Source of the DNA: Alphaproteobacteria bacterium MarineAlpha12_Bin1
GTDB taxonomy: Bacteria; Pseudomonadota; Alphaproteobacteria; UBA6615
Direction of reading: 5' to 3'
Assembly (NCBI GenBank): GCA_002937505.1
Contig: PTJY01000006.1
Span: forward strand, 54,540-118,539
DNA length: 64,000 nt
The notes under the pieces were generated by a model that had not been told where the DNA came from, did not search any database, and worked only from the letters and a program-made list of their open reading frames with translations. Both the position numbers and the translations under genes were made by a program. This document shows positions 20,615 through 30,270 of this stretch, piece after piece (the stretch's first letter is position 1; every line of letters starts with the position of its first letter).

Positions 20615-20629
20615 ATTGTTGATTTATAT

Positions 20630-21937
20630 TCAAGTTCTTTCGTTCATGGGGACAAACTTTCTTTCACCGTGGCCTAAATATAATTGTCTTGGCCTTCCAA
20701 TTCTTTGACCAGGGTCTTCAATCATTTCTTTCCATTGAGCTATCCATCCAACTGCGCGGGCTAAGGTAAATAAGACTGTAAACATGCTAGTTGGGAATCC
20801 AATTGCACTAAGAATTATTCCAGAGTAAAAATCGACATTTGGAAATAATTTTCGTTCTACAAAGTAGTCATCTTCCAACGCTAGTCTTTCTAGTTCTAAA
20901 GCGAGTTCCATTAACGGGTTTTGTATGCCAACTTCTTCTAGCACCTCATATGCTGCTGGTTTCAAGACACCTGCCCGTGGATCATAGTTCTTGTACACTC
21001 GATGACCAAAGCCCATTAGCCTAAAAGGATCATCCTTGTTCTTAGCTTTCTCTAAATACTCTGGTATTCTTTCTTTGCTACCTATCTCTGATAGCATTTG
21101 TAATACTGCTTCGTTGGCTCCACCATGTGCTGGCCCCCATAGAGTGGCAATTCCTGCTGCTATACAGGCAAAAGGATTTGCGCCTGATGAGCCGGCTAGC
21201 CTTACTGTTGATGTGGAAGCATTCTGTTCATGATCTGCGTGTAGTATAAAGATTCTGTCGAGCGCTCGTGAAATTGCGGGGCTGCTAGTATATTCTTCGG
21301 CGGGCACTCCAAAAGTCATATGCAAAAAATTCTCTGCATAGTTTAAGTCATTACGTGGGTAAACAAATGGCTGTCCAATGGAATATTTATATGCCATCGC
21401 CGCCATGGTGGGCATTTTAGCAATTAATCTATGACTGGCTATAAGTCGTTGTTCAGGGTTAGATATGTCGGTGGAGTCATGATAGAATGCTGACATAGCG
21501 CCTACAACACCAATCATTACTGCCATTGGGTGAGCATCTCTTCTAAAACCACGATATAGAAACTGTAATTGGTCATGAACCATAGTATGATTTGTTATAG
21601 TTCTTTCAAATACTTCCATCTCTGAGAAATTTGGTAACTCACCGTGAAGTAATAAATAGCAAACTTCTAGGAAAGTACTTTTTTCAGTGAGTTCTTCTAT
21701 AGTATATCCTGCGTGTCGTAGAATCCCTTCCTCACCATCTATATATGTCATCGAAGAATCACAACTTGCAGTGCTCGTGTAACTGGGATCATAAGTGAAC
21801 ATGCCTGTCTTTGAATATAATTGCCGTACATCTATTACTTTTGGACCCTGAGTTCCATCAAGAATCGGTAGTTCAATAGTTTCCCCGGTGCTATTTACTG
21901 TTATTGAAACAGTTTCATTGCTATTGCTGTCATTCAT
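20630..21937 (-). CDS. gltA: citrate synthase (type II)
   Basis: Motifs [26 protein letters not shown] and [14 protein letters not shown]. Confidence 0.97.
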   Translation of the reverse strand: MNDSNSNETVSITVNSTGETIELPILDGTQGPKVIDVRQLYSKTGMFTYDPSYTSTASCDSSMTYIDGEEGILRHAGYTIEELTEKSTFLEVCYLLLHGELPNFSEMEVFERTITNHTMVHDQLQFLYRGFRRDAHPMAVMIGVVGAMSAFYHDSTDISNPEQRLIASHRLIAKMPTMAAMAYKYSIGQPFVYPRNDLNYAENFLHMTFGVPAEEYTSSPAISRALDRIFILHADHEQNASTSTVRLAGSSGANPFACIAAGIATLWGPAHGGANEAVLQMLSEIGSKERIPEYLEKAKNKDDPFRLMGFGHRVYKNYDPRAGVLKPAAYEVLEEVGIQNPLMELALELERLALEDDYFVERKLFPNVDFYSGIILSAIGFPTSMFTVLFTLARAVGWIAQWKEMIEDPGQRIGRPRQLYLGHGERKFVPMNERT

Positions 21938-22073
21938 ATCTCTATCATCCCAAATTACCAGAAATATAGTGGATTAAAGCCCCCAGTAGTAGATTAAATC
22001 ACACTTTAGCGCACTCTAATTGTAGATAGGCATAAGAGCAATCTTGAATAAAAAAAATTTAATAAGAAATTAA

Positions 22074-23477
22074 TTATACTTTTATTACTGTTTTTAACCT
22101 GTTTAACGTTTCTTTTTTGCCAAAAACCTCCATAACCTCAAAAATACTTGGCGATATGGTTGAGCCTGTTAGTGCTACTCTTAGTGGTTGTGCTATTTGC
22201 TTAAGTTTTATGTTGTTTTCCGTGGCTGTAGTACGAACAATCTTTTCCAGAGAGTCTTGATCCCATTTTCTCATGTTTGCCATATTTTGATGAAGACTAG
22301 ATAAGAGACTAATGCTTTGGGTGTTCAAATGTTCAGCTGCATTTTTTTGAATTAATATGGGTGTTTCCTTGCTGTAGATTAATGAATTTTGTGCTAGTTC
22401 TACAATGGTCTTAGATCTTTGCTTTAAACCAGGCATCCCTCTCTCTATACGATCAGCAGCGATTGAACTTACTTCGGACTCCATTAATTTTGAGAGTATT
22501 GGGATCACATAGCTAACTAAGTCTTTATTTGAACTGTTACGAAGGTAGTGCGTATTCAAATTTAATAATTTTTCCATGTCAAACCTTGAGGGGGCCCGAC
22601 CAACAGCGTCTAAATTGAACCATTTTATGGCTTTCTTTGTTGAAATAATTTCTTCGTCTCCATGAGACCAACCTAAACGAAGTAAATAATTGTTCATTGC
22701 TTCAGAAAGAATGCCCATTTCTGCGTATGAATCAATCCCTAGAGCACCATCCCGTTTTGAGAGTTTTGTCCCGTCATGACCATGTATTAGTGGGATGTGC
22801 GCTAGCTTGGGGGTATCCCATTCGCAAGCATGAAATAAGTGTAATTGTCGAATTGCATTATTTAAATGGTCATCACCACGTATGATATGAGTAATTCCCA
22901 TATCATGGTCATCTACCACCACTGCTAGCATATATGTAGGTGTTCCGTCAGGTCGTATGATTATAAAGTCATCTAAATTATCATTTGTGACCTTAATCTC
23001 ACCCTGAACAAGATCATTAATAAGAGTTTCGTTTTCTTTTGGCATTTTTATTCGAATTGATGAGGGCCTTGTTAGATCTGATGCTGTTGGTTTATGATCT
23101 CTGCAGCGCCTGTCATATAGGCGTGTTTTCCCTTCGGAACGGGCCTTTTTTCTCATTTCGGTTAATTCTTCTAGACTGCAAAAACATCTATAAGCTTTTT
23201 CTTGTTTAAGTAGTTTATTAGCTATTTCGATATGACGTGTTGAGTTGTCAGATTGAAATAGCGCAGGTTTATCACTTTCAATGCCAAGCCATTTTAATCC
23301 TGAGAATATCTTATCGACCGCTTCACTCGTTGAACGTTTTTTATCGGTATCTTCTATTCTCAAAAGAAATTGCCCTTCATAACGTCTGGCAAACAGCCAG
23401 TTGAACAAGGCTGTTCTTGCGCCTCCGATATGTAAATAACCGGTAGGAGAAGGAGCAAATCGAGTTACAACTTTCAT
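22074..23477 (-). CDS. gltX: glutamate--tRNA ligase
   Basis: N-terminus MKVVTRFAPSPTGYLHIGGART (HIGH motif) and KLSKR. The ORF-track start 23534 adds 19 non-conserved residues and is rejected. Confidence 0.94.
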   Translation of the reverse strand: MKVVTRFAPSPTGYLHIGGARTALFNWLFARRYEGQFLLRIEDTDKKRSTSEAVDKIFSGLKWLGIESDKPALFQSDNSTRHIEIANKLLKQEKAYRCFCSLEELTEMRKKARSEGKTRLYDRRCRDHKPTASDLTRPSSIRIKMPKENETLINDLVQGEIKVTNDNLDDFIIIRPDGTPTYMLAVVVDDHDMGITHIIRGDDHLNNAIRQLHLFHACEWDTPKLAHIPLIHGHDGTKLSKRDGALGIDSYAEMGILSEAMNNYLLRLGWSHGDEEIISTKKAIKWFNLDAVGRAPSRFDMEKLLNLNTHYLRNSSNKDLVSYVIPILSKLMESEVSSIAADRIERGMPGLKQRSKTIVELAQNSLIYSKETPILIQKNAAEHLNTQSISLLSSLHQNMANMRKWDQDSLEKIVRTTATENNIKLKQIAQPLRVALTGSTISPSIFEVMEVFGKKETLNRLKTVIKV

Positions 23478-23652
23478 TAAACTAACAAACCTTTCAATCG
23501 AAACTGAACAGAAATCGATCTTTCTCTCGTGCAAAGTATAATTATTCTAATTAACAACGGATTTAGCACGTTATTAATTAACAAACTATCATATCATGGA
23601 TTTGTTATTCGAAGTATTTGAGTTACTTTTAATGATATTATTTTAAAATCGT

Positions 23653-24342
23653 TTAATAGCTACGTACTAAACCCCTTAATTTCCCTTGAATTTCGACCTG
23701 ATCAGGTCCAAATATTCTGGTTTCATAGTTTGTGTTGGCGGGCTCTAGTGCAACAGAATTATGCCTTTTTCGTAATCTTTTAAGCGTAACCTCATTACCT
23801 TCGACCAGTGCGACAACTATGGTGCCATTTTCTGCTATATCAGTTCTTTCTATGAGAACCGTATCACCATCAAGAATACCGGCTTCAATCATTGAATCGC
23901 CATCAACTTCCAAGCAGTAATATTCTCCTCTTCCCAGTAAATCTGATGGAATACTAATAAAGTGAGTAGGATCTGTTAGGGCTTCGATTGGGGTACCTGC
24001 AGCAATTCGACCAAGCATTGGCACCTGAGTTGAGGTTTTGAATTTTTTTGTTGTTTTTCTTTTATTTAAATCAATACCTCCCTGAATAACTCTGGGTGAA
24101 AACTTTTGATCGGAAGTTATAGACACATCATCTGGTAAGCGCAGAACCTCTAGGGCTCTTGCGCGGTGTGGTAGTCTAGCTATAAATCTTCTTTCTTCTA
24201 GTCCTGATATTAGTCTGTGAATTCCAGACTTTGACTTAAGAGATAAAGCTTCCTTCATTTCATCAAACGAAGGGGCAACGCCGGTTTCTAGTAACTTTTT
24301 ATTAATAAATAATAATAATTCATGTTGCTTGCGGGTTAACAT
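23653..24342 (-). CDS. lexA: LexA repressor
   Basis: N-terminal wHTH ([22 protein letters not shown]), cleavage region GRIAAGTP, and S24 catalytic motifs GDSM and LKRL. An SOS box lies upstream. Confidence 0.96.
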   Translation of the reverse strand: MLTRKQHELLLFINKKLLETGVAPSFDEMKEALSLKSKSGIHRLISGLEERRFIARLPHRARALEVLRLPDDVSITSDQKFSPRVIQGGIDLNKRKTTKKFKTSTQVPMLGRIAAGTPIEALTDPTHFISIPSDLLGRGEYYCLEVDGDSMIEAGILDGDTVLIERTDIAENGTIVVALVEGNEVTLKRLRKRHNSVALEPANTNYETRIFGPDQVEIQGKLRGLVRSY

Positions 24343-24410
24343 TTCATTAAACCCTCTATTCTGGGTGGTAGTTAACTTCTATTGAGAACAAACACAAAAC
24401 ATTTGACTAT

Positions 24411-24425
24411 GTTCTAGTGATGTTC
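24411..24425 (-). promoter_or_regulatory. LexA operator (alphaproteobacterial SOS box GAAC-N7-GAAC on the lexA strand)
   Basis: The plus strand reads GTTCtagtgatGTTC. It lies 69-83 nt upstream of the lexA ATG and overlaps the putative -10. Confidence 0.6.
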
Positions 24426-24439
24426 TTTTTTGTCGTCAA
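24411..24439 (-). promoter_or_regulatory. putative lexA sigma-70 promoter (-35 TTGACG, 17-nt spacer, -10 TAGAAC)
   Basis: The minus strand reads cTTGACG-acaaaaaagaacatcac-TAGAAC. This is a hexamer match by eye only. Confidence 0.35.
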
Positions 24440-24491
24440 GCCTAAAATATATATTTGGATGAGAAAATTATTATTAGATGTCCATAAATGT

Positions 24492-25706
24492 TTATATTTT
24501 TAGCATTCCGGTGTTTAGATCGATATACGAGACTGTATCATTAATAGAGGCTTTTTCTGCATTTGGCGGTCTAACTAGAAGGCAGTCCGACATTGCTAGA
24601 CGAGAAAACATAGAGCTGTCTTGAACTGGAAATGGTGTAATTATTTTGTTGCCTCTTTCATCGATCGATATTGTTGCTCTCAAATATTCTTCACGATGAT
24701 CATTTTTTTCCAATTCTTTACCAAGTAGGCCATTCTCTAATTTTGGCTCTATTTCAGCTAGTCCTAACATTGCCGCCAGGACTGGCTTTAGGAACAGAAT
24801 GGCACATACCATCGATGATACAGGATTTCCTGGAAACCCAAGCATGGGAATGTTATTTAGGCGTCCGTATATTAGTGGCTTACCTGGACGCATGGCAATT
24901 TTCCAAAATTTAATTTTTAAACCTATCTCTGTTAGTGCTGACTGTATAAGGTCGTGTTCTCCGACAGACGCTCCGCCCGTTGTAACCAATATATCAGCAC
25001 CCTGAGCTCCTTCTGATATATCTCTAATAGATTGAATTTCGTCTTTTGCTATTCCCAGTGTTAGGGCTGTTCCCCCAGATGCATTGATAAGGCCAGCTAA
25101 GGCAAATGTATTAGAACTAACAATGTCTGATGATTTTTTATTTTCTCCGGGTAAAACAATCTCATCTCCTGTTGCTATAATAGCAACTATTGGACGTCGC
25201 TTTACCTTAACCCAAGAAACGTTCATTGCGGCTATTAGGCCCACGTCTCTTGATGTCAGGACTTTACCGGTCGTGAGTAATGTACTGCCTTGTTTAAAAT
25301 CTAGTCCTTCAGGGCGTATGTATCTTCCAGTGGTTACACTTTCTTTTACAATGATGTTGTCGCCATGTTTATCGGTGTTTTCTTGTATAACAACAGCATC
25401 AGCACCTTGGGGTATAGGGGCACCAGTAAAAATTCTGATTGCTTCGCCTGTTTTTATGCTTTTAGTTGGTGTCCTGCCAGCCGCTATAGTGTCAATAACT
25501 TGCAGCGTTACAGGTGTGTGTTCTACATCCTTTGCAATTACAGCGTAGCCGTCCATAGCTGATACTGAGATGGGTGGTTGTGATCTTCTGGCTACTATAT
25601 CTTCAGCTAAGACTCTTCCTAAGGCCTCGTTCAAACTTACTAATTCAGAAGGCATTAATGCTTGATCAGCTAGTATATTTTTACGCGCGTCAGAAACACT
25701 TATCAT
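24492..25706 (-). CDS. moeA: molybdopterin molybdenumtransferase MoeA
   Basis: MoeA N-terminal, linker and MoCF domains (SAMDGYAV, TTGGASVGEHD). Confidence 0.93.
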   Translation of the reverse strand: MISVSDARKNILADQALMPSELVSLNEALGRVLAEDIVARRSQPPISVSAMDGYAVIAKDVEHTPVTLQVIDTIAAGRTPTKSIKTGEAIRIFTGAPIPQGADAVVIQENTDKHGDNIIVKESVTTGRYIRPEGLDFKQGSTLLTTGKVLTSRDVGLIAAMNVSWVKVKRRPIVAIIATGDEIVLPGENKKSSDIVSSNTFALAGLINASGGTALTLGIAKDEIQSIRDISEGAQGADILVTTGGASVGEHDLIQSALTEIGLKIKFWKIAMRPGKPLIYGRLNNIPMLGFPGNPVSSMVCAILFLKPVLAAMLGLAEIEPKLENGLLGKELEKNDHREEYLRATISIDERGNKIITPFPVQDSSMFSRLAMSDCLLVRPPNAEKASINDTVSYIDLNTGMLKI

Positions 25707-25715
25707 TGAATTCTC

Positions 25716-26207
25716 TTAGTTGGAAACATAATCTGCAGACTTTCCTCCTGCTTTGTGGAGGAGCCGGATATCTGTTATTTTAGTCGATTTATCTACGGCT
25801 TTGATCATATCATAAATGGTGAGGGCTGATATTGTGACAGCAGTAAGTGCTTCCATCTCAACGCCTGTTTTTCCACTTATTTTTGCTGTAGCTATTACTT
25901 CTATAGAGCTTCGAGTGTCATCCAGGGATAATTCTACTTCAATTGAAGTTAAGTTTAATGGATGACACAAGGGAATTAAATCTGATGTTTTTTTGGCGCC
26001 CATAATTCCAGCAAGTCGGGCGATGGAGAGAACGTCCCCCTTTTTTAAGCTTTTTTCTTTAATTAGGGCTAAGGTCCTAGGTTCAACAATAACACTACAA
26101 CCAGCTGTGGCTGTCCTATCAGTAACGGCTTTCCCAGATACATCTACCATTCTAGCAGATCCTTCTGAGTCAATGTGACTAAGTTCAAATTTACCCTTTT
26201 GACTCAT
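25716..26207 (-). CDS. moaC: cyclic pyranopterin monophosphate synthase MoaC
   Basis: Motifs MVDVSGK, LIPLCHPL and GVEMEALTA. Confidence 0.95.
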   Translation of the reverse strand: MSQKGKFELSHIDSEGSARMVDVSGKAVTDRTATAGCSVIVEPRTLALIKEKSLKKGDVLSIARLAGIMGAKKTSDLIPLCHPLNLTSIEVELSLDDTRSSIEVIATAKISGKTGVEMEALTAVTISALTIYDMIKAVDKSTKITDIRLLHKAGGKSADYVSN

Positions 26208-26231
26208 TACACAAAATTTCCAATAAAAAGT

Positions 26232-27023
26232 TTAGCATTCAAGTAATGTTTTAAGGGAGCTTGATATGTCTTTTTGCCTCATTAGTGATTCTCCTATTAG
26301 AAAACAATTAACGCCTTTATTAGACATTCGCTTCAAATCATTAGTCGTAAATAACCCGCTTTCCGAGACAGTAATTTTTTCTTTCGGAACAAGAGGCGCT
26401 AAATTTTCAGTTGTAGAAATGTCTACCTCAAGTGTTTTTAAGTTTCGATTATTAATTCCAATCAAATCTGCTTCTATTAATAGCGCCTTCTCTAATTCGT
26501 CTTTATTATGAACTTCAATTAACACATCCATATTCCATTCGTGTGCTTGTGCTGCCAATTCTTTTGCCAGAGATCTGTCAAGTGCTGCGACAATCAACAA
26601 TATACAATCGGCGCCCAAACCTCTAGATTCCGGGATTTGATAACTATCGATTATAAAATCCTTTCTAAGTACAGGTAGTGAAACTACCTTCCTTGCATCA
26701 ACTAGATCTGAGTCTTTACCTTGAAAATAAGGTTCATCTGTTAGAACTGACATACATGCTGCCCCACCTAATTGGTATTCGGCAGCAATTATAGCTGGAT
26801 CAAAATCATTTCTAATTAATCCTTTGCTGGGGCTAGCTTTTTTGATTTCTGCAATCACTCCATATTTGTTAGATTGAGAAGAGTCTAAAAGCCGTTTTGC
26901 AAATCCACGTGTTTTGTCAGCATTACTAGCAAACTCTTCTTGATTAGCTAGGGAGTAAAAAGCTTTCTGTTTTTTTATGTGTTTGTGCTTGTCATCACAT
27001 ATTTTGGTAAGCACGTCTGTCAT
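26232..27023 (-). CDS. trpC: indole-3-glycerol phosphate synthase
   Basis: Motifs VIAEIKKASPSKG, LRKDFI and GINNRNL. Confidence 0.95.
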   Translation of the reverse strand: MTDVLTKICDDKHKHIKKQKAFYSLANQEEFASNADKTRGFAKRLLDSSQSNKYGVIAEIKKASPSKGLIRNDFDPAIIAAEYQLGGAACMSVLTDEPYFQGKDSDLVDARKVVSLPVLRKDFIIDSYQIPESRGLGADCILLIVAALDRSLAKELAAQAHEWNMDVLIEVHNKDELEKALLIEADLIGINNRNLKTLEVDISTTENLAPLVPKEKITVSESGLFTTNDLKRMSNKGVNCFLIGESLMRQKDISSSLKTLLEC

Positions 27024-27046
27024 TTCTTTATCTCAGGTTGCGTTGT

Positions 27047-28075
27047 TTATGATCGATTGGTTATTTCAATCAATTTGTTCAAAGTTTCTATTGCGGCCCC
27101 ACTATCGATTGCATCAGCTGCCATTTTTATACCGGCATGTAAATTATCTACTTTTCCGCCAACTATTAACGAAGCTGCAGCATTAAACAAAACTATATCC
27201 CTAAATGCACTACTTTTCCCAGCCAACATTTCTTTCATTACTTTAGCATTATAATCAGGATTTCCACCTTGAATATCTTTCAACTCAGATTTTTTCAGGC
27301 CAGCATCCTCAGGGCTTATATCAAATGTTGTCACTTGACCGTTTTTGAGTTCTGCCACGTGTGATATGCCAGTAATGGATATCTCGTCTAAACCGTCAGC
27401 ACCGTGGACTACCCATGCATGGGTTAAACCAAGATTACCTAGTACTTTTGCTAGAGGCACTACCCATTGTTTTGCAAAGACTCCAACCATTTGTCTACTG
27501 ACTTGGGAAGGGTTAGACAGTGGTCCAAGAATATTAAAGATTGTTCTGGTTGCGAGTTCAACTCTTACATCCCCAACGTTTCTCATGGCACTGTGATGTC
27601 GAGGAGCCATAAGAAAACCAATGTTATTTTCCCATATAGACTCTTTCACTAACTCGAAACTAGCCTCTATGTTTACCCCTAAAGCTGTAAGTACATCAGC
27701 CGCGCCGGTCTTTGAGCTTAATGCTCGATTTCCGTGTTTGGCTATAGGCACTCCGCAAGAGGCTACCACAAAGCTTGCACCAGTTGACACATTAAGCGTT
27801 CCTTTTGCGTCTCCACCTGTGCCAACAATGTCAATGGCGTTTTCAGGTGCATCAATCAAAAGGGCTTTTGCTCTCATAATGCGTGCTGCACCGGTAATTT
27901 CGTCAACGGTCTCTCCACGAACTCTTAATGCGATAAGAAATGCACCAATTTGTGCAGGTGATGCCTCACCTGACATAATAATATCAAATGCATTTTCAGC
28001 TTGTTTTTGGTTTAAGCTCTGACCCTGGGCTACCAGATTAATTAATTTTTTAATATTGTTTGATTTTTCATCCAT
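27047..28075 (-). CDS. trpD: anthranilate phosphoribosyltransferase
   Basis: Motifs DIVGTGGD, NVSTGA, KHGNRA and NILGPLSNP. Confidence 0.95.
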   Translation of the reverse strand: MDEKSNNIKKLINLVAQGQSLNQKQAENAFDIIMSGEASPAQIGAFLIALRVRGETVDEITGAARIMRAKALLIDAPENAIDIVGTGGDAKGTLNVSTGASFVVASCGVPIAKHGNRALSSKTGAADVLTALGVNIEASFELVKESIWENNIGFLMAPRHHSAMRNVGDVRVELATRTIFNILGPLSNPSQVSRQMVGVFAKQWVVPLAKVLGNLGLTHAWVVHGADGLDEISITGISHVAELKNGQVTTFDISPEDAGLKKSELKDIQGGNPDYNAKVMKEMLAGKSSAFRDIVLFNAAASLIVGGKVDNLHAGIKMAADAIDSGAAIETLNKLIEITNRS

Positions 28076-28700
28076 GAGGGACCTGCTTCTTAAGCAGATT
28101 GTTTAAAATATTTGTATCAACAGGTTTACCAGTCGCGATCTCGATAAAATTGGCTATTAATTTGTAACCTTCAACAGTCGCTATGCTTTCGGGATGAAAC
28201 TGCACGCCGTGTATAGGGAGTTCTTTATGGCTTATTCCCATTATGAGGTTATCCTCTGTTTTGGCGTTCACAACTATTGATTCAGGAAGAGAATTTGGAT
28301 CAATAACCAAGGAATGGTATCTGGTTGCAGAAAGAGGGGAGGGGATATTATTAAAAAGATTCATTTCTTCGTGTAATATCTTATCAACCATACCATGAAT
28401 AGGACGCGGGGCACGGATAATATTCGCTCCAAACACTTGTCCTATAATTTGATGACCTAAACAAACCCCAAATATTGGTATTTGATTTTTAGCAGCCTCT
28501 TGAACCAAATCTATGCAAATCCCAGAATTATCTGGTATTCCTGGACCTGGCGATATAACCAAAGCTTCGGGTGAAAGCAATAGCACTTCTTTTGCGCTTA
28601 TGACGTCATTTCGGATTACTTGAACTTCTTTTCCGAGTTCACCAATATAGTGAACTAGGTTGTAAGTGAAGCTATCGTAATTATCAATTAACACAAACAT
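28068..28700 (-). CDS. trpG: anthranilate synthase component II (glutamine amidotransferase)
   Basis: Class I GATase motifs GVCLGHQ and HGVQFHPES. Overlaps the trpD start by 8 nt. Confidence 0.93.
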   Translation of the reverse strand: MFVLIDNYDSFTYNLVHYIGELGKEVQVIRNDVISAKEVLLLSPEALVISPGPGIPDNSGICIDLVQEAAKNQIPIFGVCLGHQIIGQVFGANIIRAPRPIHGMVDKILHEEMNLFNNIPSPLSATRYHSLVIDPNSLPESIVVNAKTEDNLIMGISHKELPIHGVQFHPESIATVEGYKLIANFIEIATGKPVDTNILNNLLKKQVPHG

Positions 28701-28758
28701 CTGAATATTATATTGGATTCTTTTTGCTATTTATTTGTCATATTATTGTTAATTTATT

Positions 28759-30270
28759 TCAACAATCTTTATTTGATGAATAACGTAGGGAGTCAGCCGC
28801 AGCATGCAATAAAGCTTTAGCTTTATTGTTGCTTTCTTGATATTCGGATTCGGGGTTTGAATCCGCAACCACGCCACCACCTGCCTGAACATACATCTGT
28901 CCATTTTGTATTAAAGCGGTTCTTAGTGTAATACAGGTATCCATTTCTCCGTTTGCCCCAAAATAGCCAATTGCACCAGCGTAGAAACTCCTTTTCTCAT
29001 TTTCTAACTCATCTATAATTTCCATTGCGCGTATTTTTGGAGCGCCTGTAACAGTACCAGCTGGAAACCCAGCAATAAGCGCTTTTAGGCTATTTACTGT
29101 GGTTTTTGCTTTGCCCTTAACGTTTGAAACAATATGCATAACATGGGAGTACTTTTCTATACTGTAACTTTCTGTGACTTTCACAGATCCAATTTCAGAT
29201 ACACGACCCACATCATTTCTTCCTAAATCTAACAACATCAAGTGTTCAGCTCTTTCTTTTGGGTCGGCAAGTAAATCTTCGGCAAGTGCGTTGTCCTCTT
29301 CTTTATTTGTTCCCCTTGGTCTAGTTCCCGCAATTGGCCGTATAGTCACTTCATTACCCCTTAATCTAACCAGAATTTCAGGGCTAGATCCAACTAATGA
29401 AAAATCATTCATATTCACAATAAAAAGAAACGGGGAAGGATTTAATCTTCTTAAAGAACGATATAAGGACATTGGAGATGAACTAAGAGGCACTGTAAAT
29501 CTTTGAGATGGTACAACTTGAAAGATTTCACCAGCTCGTATGTACTCTTTCGCTTTTTCCACCATTGAACAGTACTCTTCTTGAGTGGTGTTTGAAGTAG
29601 GTGAAATTTGATCAGGAAAAAACTCACTTTTAAATAGTTGGCCAGTGATAGATGATTTTAATTTATTTATAACATTCTCTAGCCGACTTTTTGCATCACG
29701 ATACGCGTCTTCGCTATTACGTTTCTGTGAATACCAGACAGGAGTGACAACTGTCATTTTATCGGTCACATTATCAAATACGGCTGTTACTTTTGGACGA
29801 ATAAATATTGAGTCCGGTATTCCTAACACGTCAGGGTTTCTATCAGGTATATTTTCCATTAAGCGAACCATATCGTAGCCCATATATCCAAATAACCCAA
29901 CTGCAGATGGGGGTACTTCATTTGGTAAATCAATCTCTGAATCTTTTATAAGCGATGCTAGGGAATCTAAACTACTTTGACTGCATTTTTTATATTCATA
30001 GTTATTATTTTTCTTTACACTTCCAAGTTCACAATCATCACCAAAACATCTCCATATTAAATCTGGTTCAATACCGAGCACTGAATAGCGACCCCTAACA
30101 TCCCCACCCTCTACTGATTCGAGTAGAAAGCTGTAACTTTGGTTCTTAGAAAGTTTAATCATAGCAGAAACTGGAGTTTCAAGGTCAGCTACCAGCTCTG
30201 TCCAAACAACTTGAGACTGTTTGGCGTTATAAACCTTGTTAAAGTTATTTTTAGCTGGGTATGTCGTCAT
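28759..30270 (-). CDS. trpE: anthranilate synthase component I
   Basis: Motifs LLESVEGG, GAPKIRAMEII and GAIGYF. The start ATG overlaps the ppiD stop (ATGA). Confidence 0.95.
   Translation of the reverse strand: MTTYPAKNNFNKVYNAKQSQVVWTELVADLETPVSAMIKLSKNQSYSFLLESVEGGDVRGRYSVLGIEPDLIWRCFGDDCELGSVKKNNNYEYKKCSQSSLDSLASLIKDSEIDLPNEVPPSAVGLFGYMGYDMVRLMENIPDRNPDVLGIPDSIFIRPKVTAVFDNVTDKMTVVTPVWYSQKRNSEDAYRDAKSRLENVINKLKSSITGQLFKSEFFPDQISPTSNTTQEEYCSMVEKAKEYIRAGEIFQVVPSQRFTVPLSSSPMSLYRSLRRLNPSPFLFIVNMNDFSLVGSSPEILVRLRGNEVTIRPIAGTRPRGTNKEEDNALAEDLLADPKERAEHLMLLDLGRNDVGRVSEIGSVKVTESYSIEKYSHVMHIVSNVKGKAKTTVNSLKALIAGFPAGTVTGAPKIRAMEIIDELENEKRSFYAGAIGYFGANGEMDTCITLRTALIQNGQMYVQAGGGVVADSNPESEYQESNNKAKALLHAAADSLRYSSNKDC

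Noticed and set aside
20526-20708. A 60-aa plus-strand ORF spanning the gltA 3' end, and other 60-90-aa ORFs within gltA, gltX, lexA and ppiD.
   Set aside because: They overlap well-supported genes on the opposite strand or in another frame, and have low-complexity translations with no start-site signals.
25084-25548. A 154-aa plus-strand ORF inside moeA. Similar long antisense ORFs occur at 51130-51603 and 52060-52587 (inside ntrY), 27621-28022 (trpD), 29174-29506 (trpE), 10567-10896 (dxr), 44938-45261 (cinA), 59002-59316 (mazG) and 36973-37284 (eno).
   Set aside because: All lie entirely within, and antisense to, strongly conserved genes. Their S/P/A/T-rich low-complexity translations are typical of shadow frames, and none has an SD or a recognisable motif.
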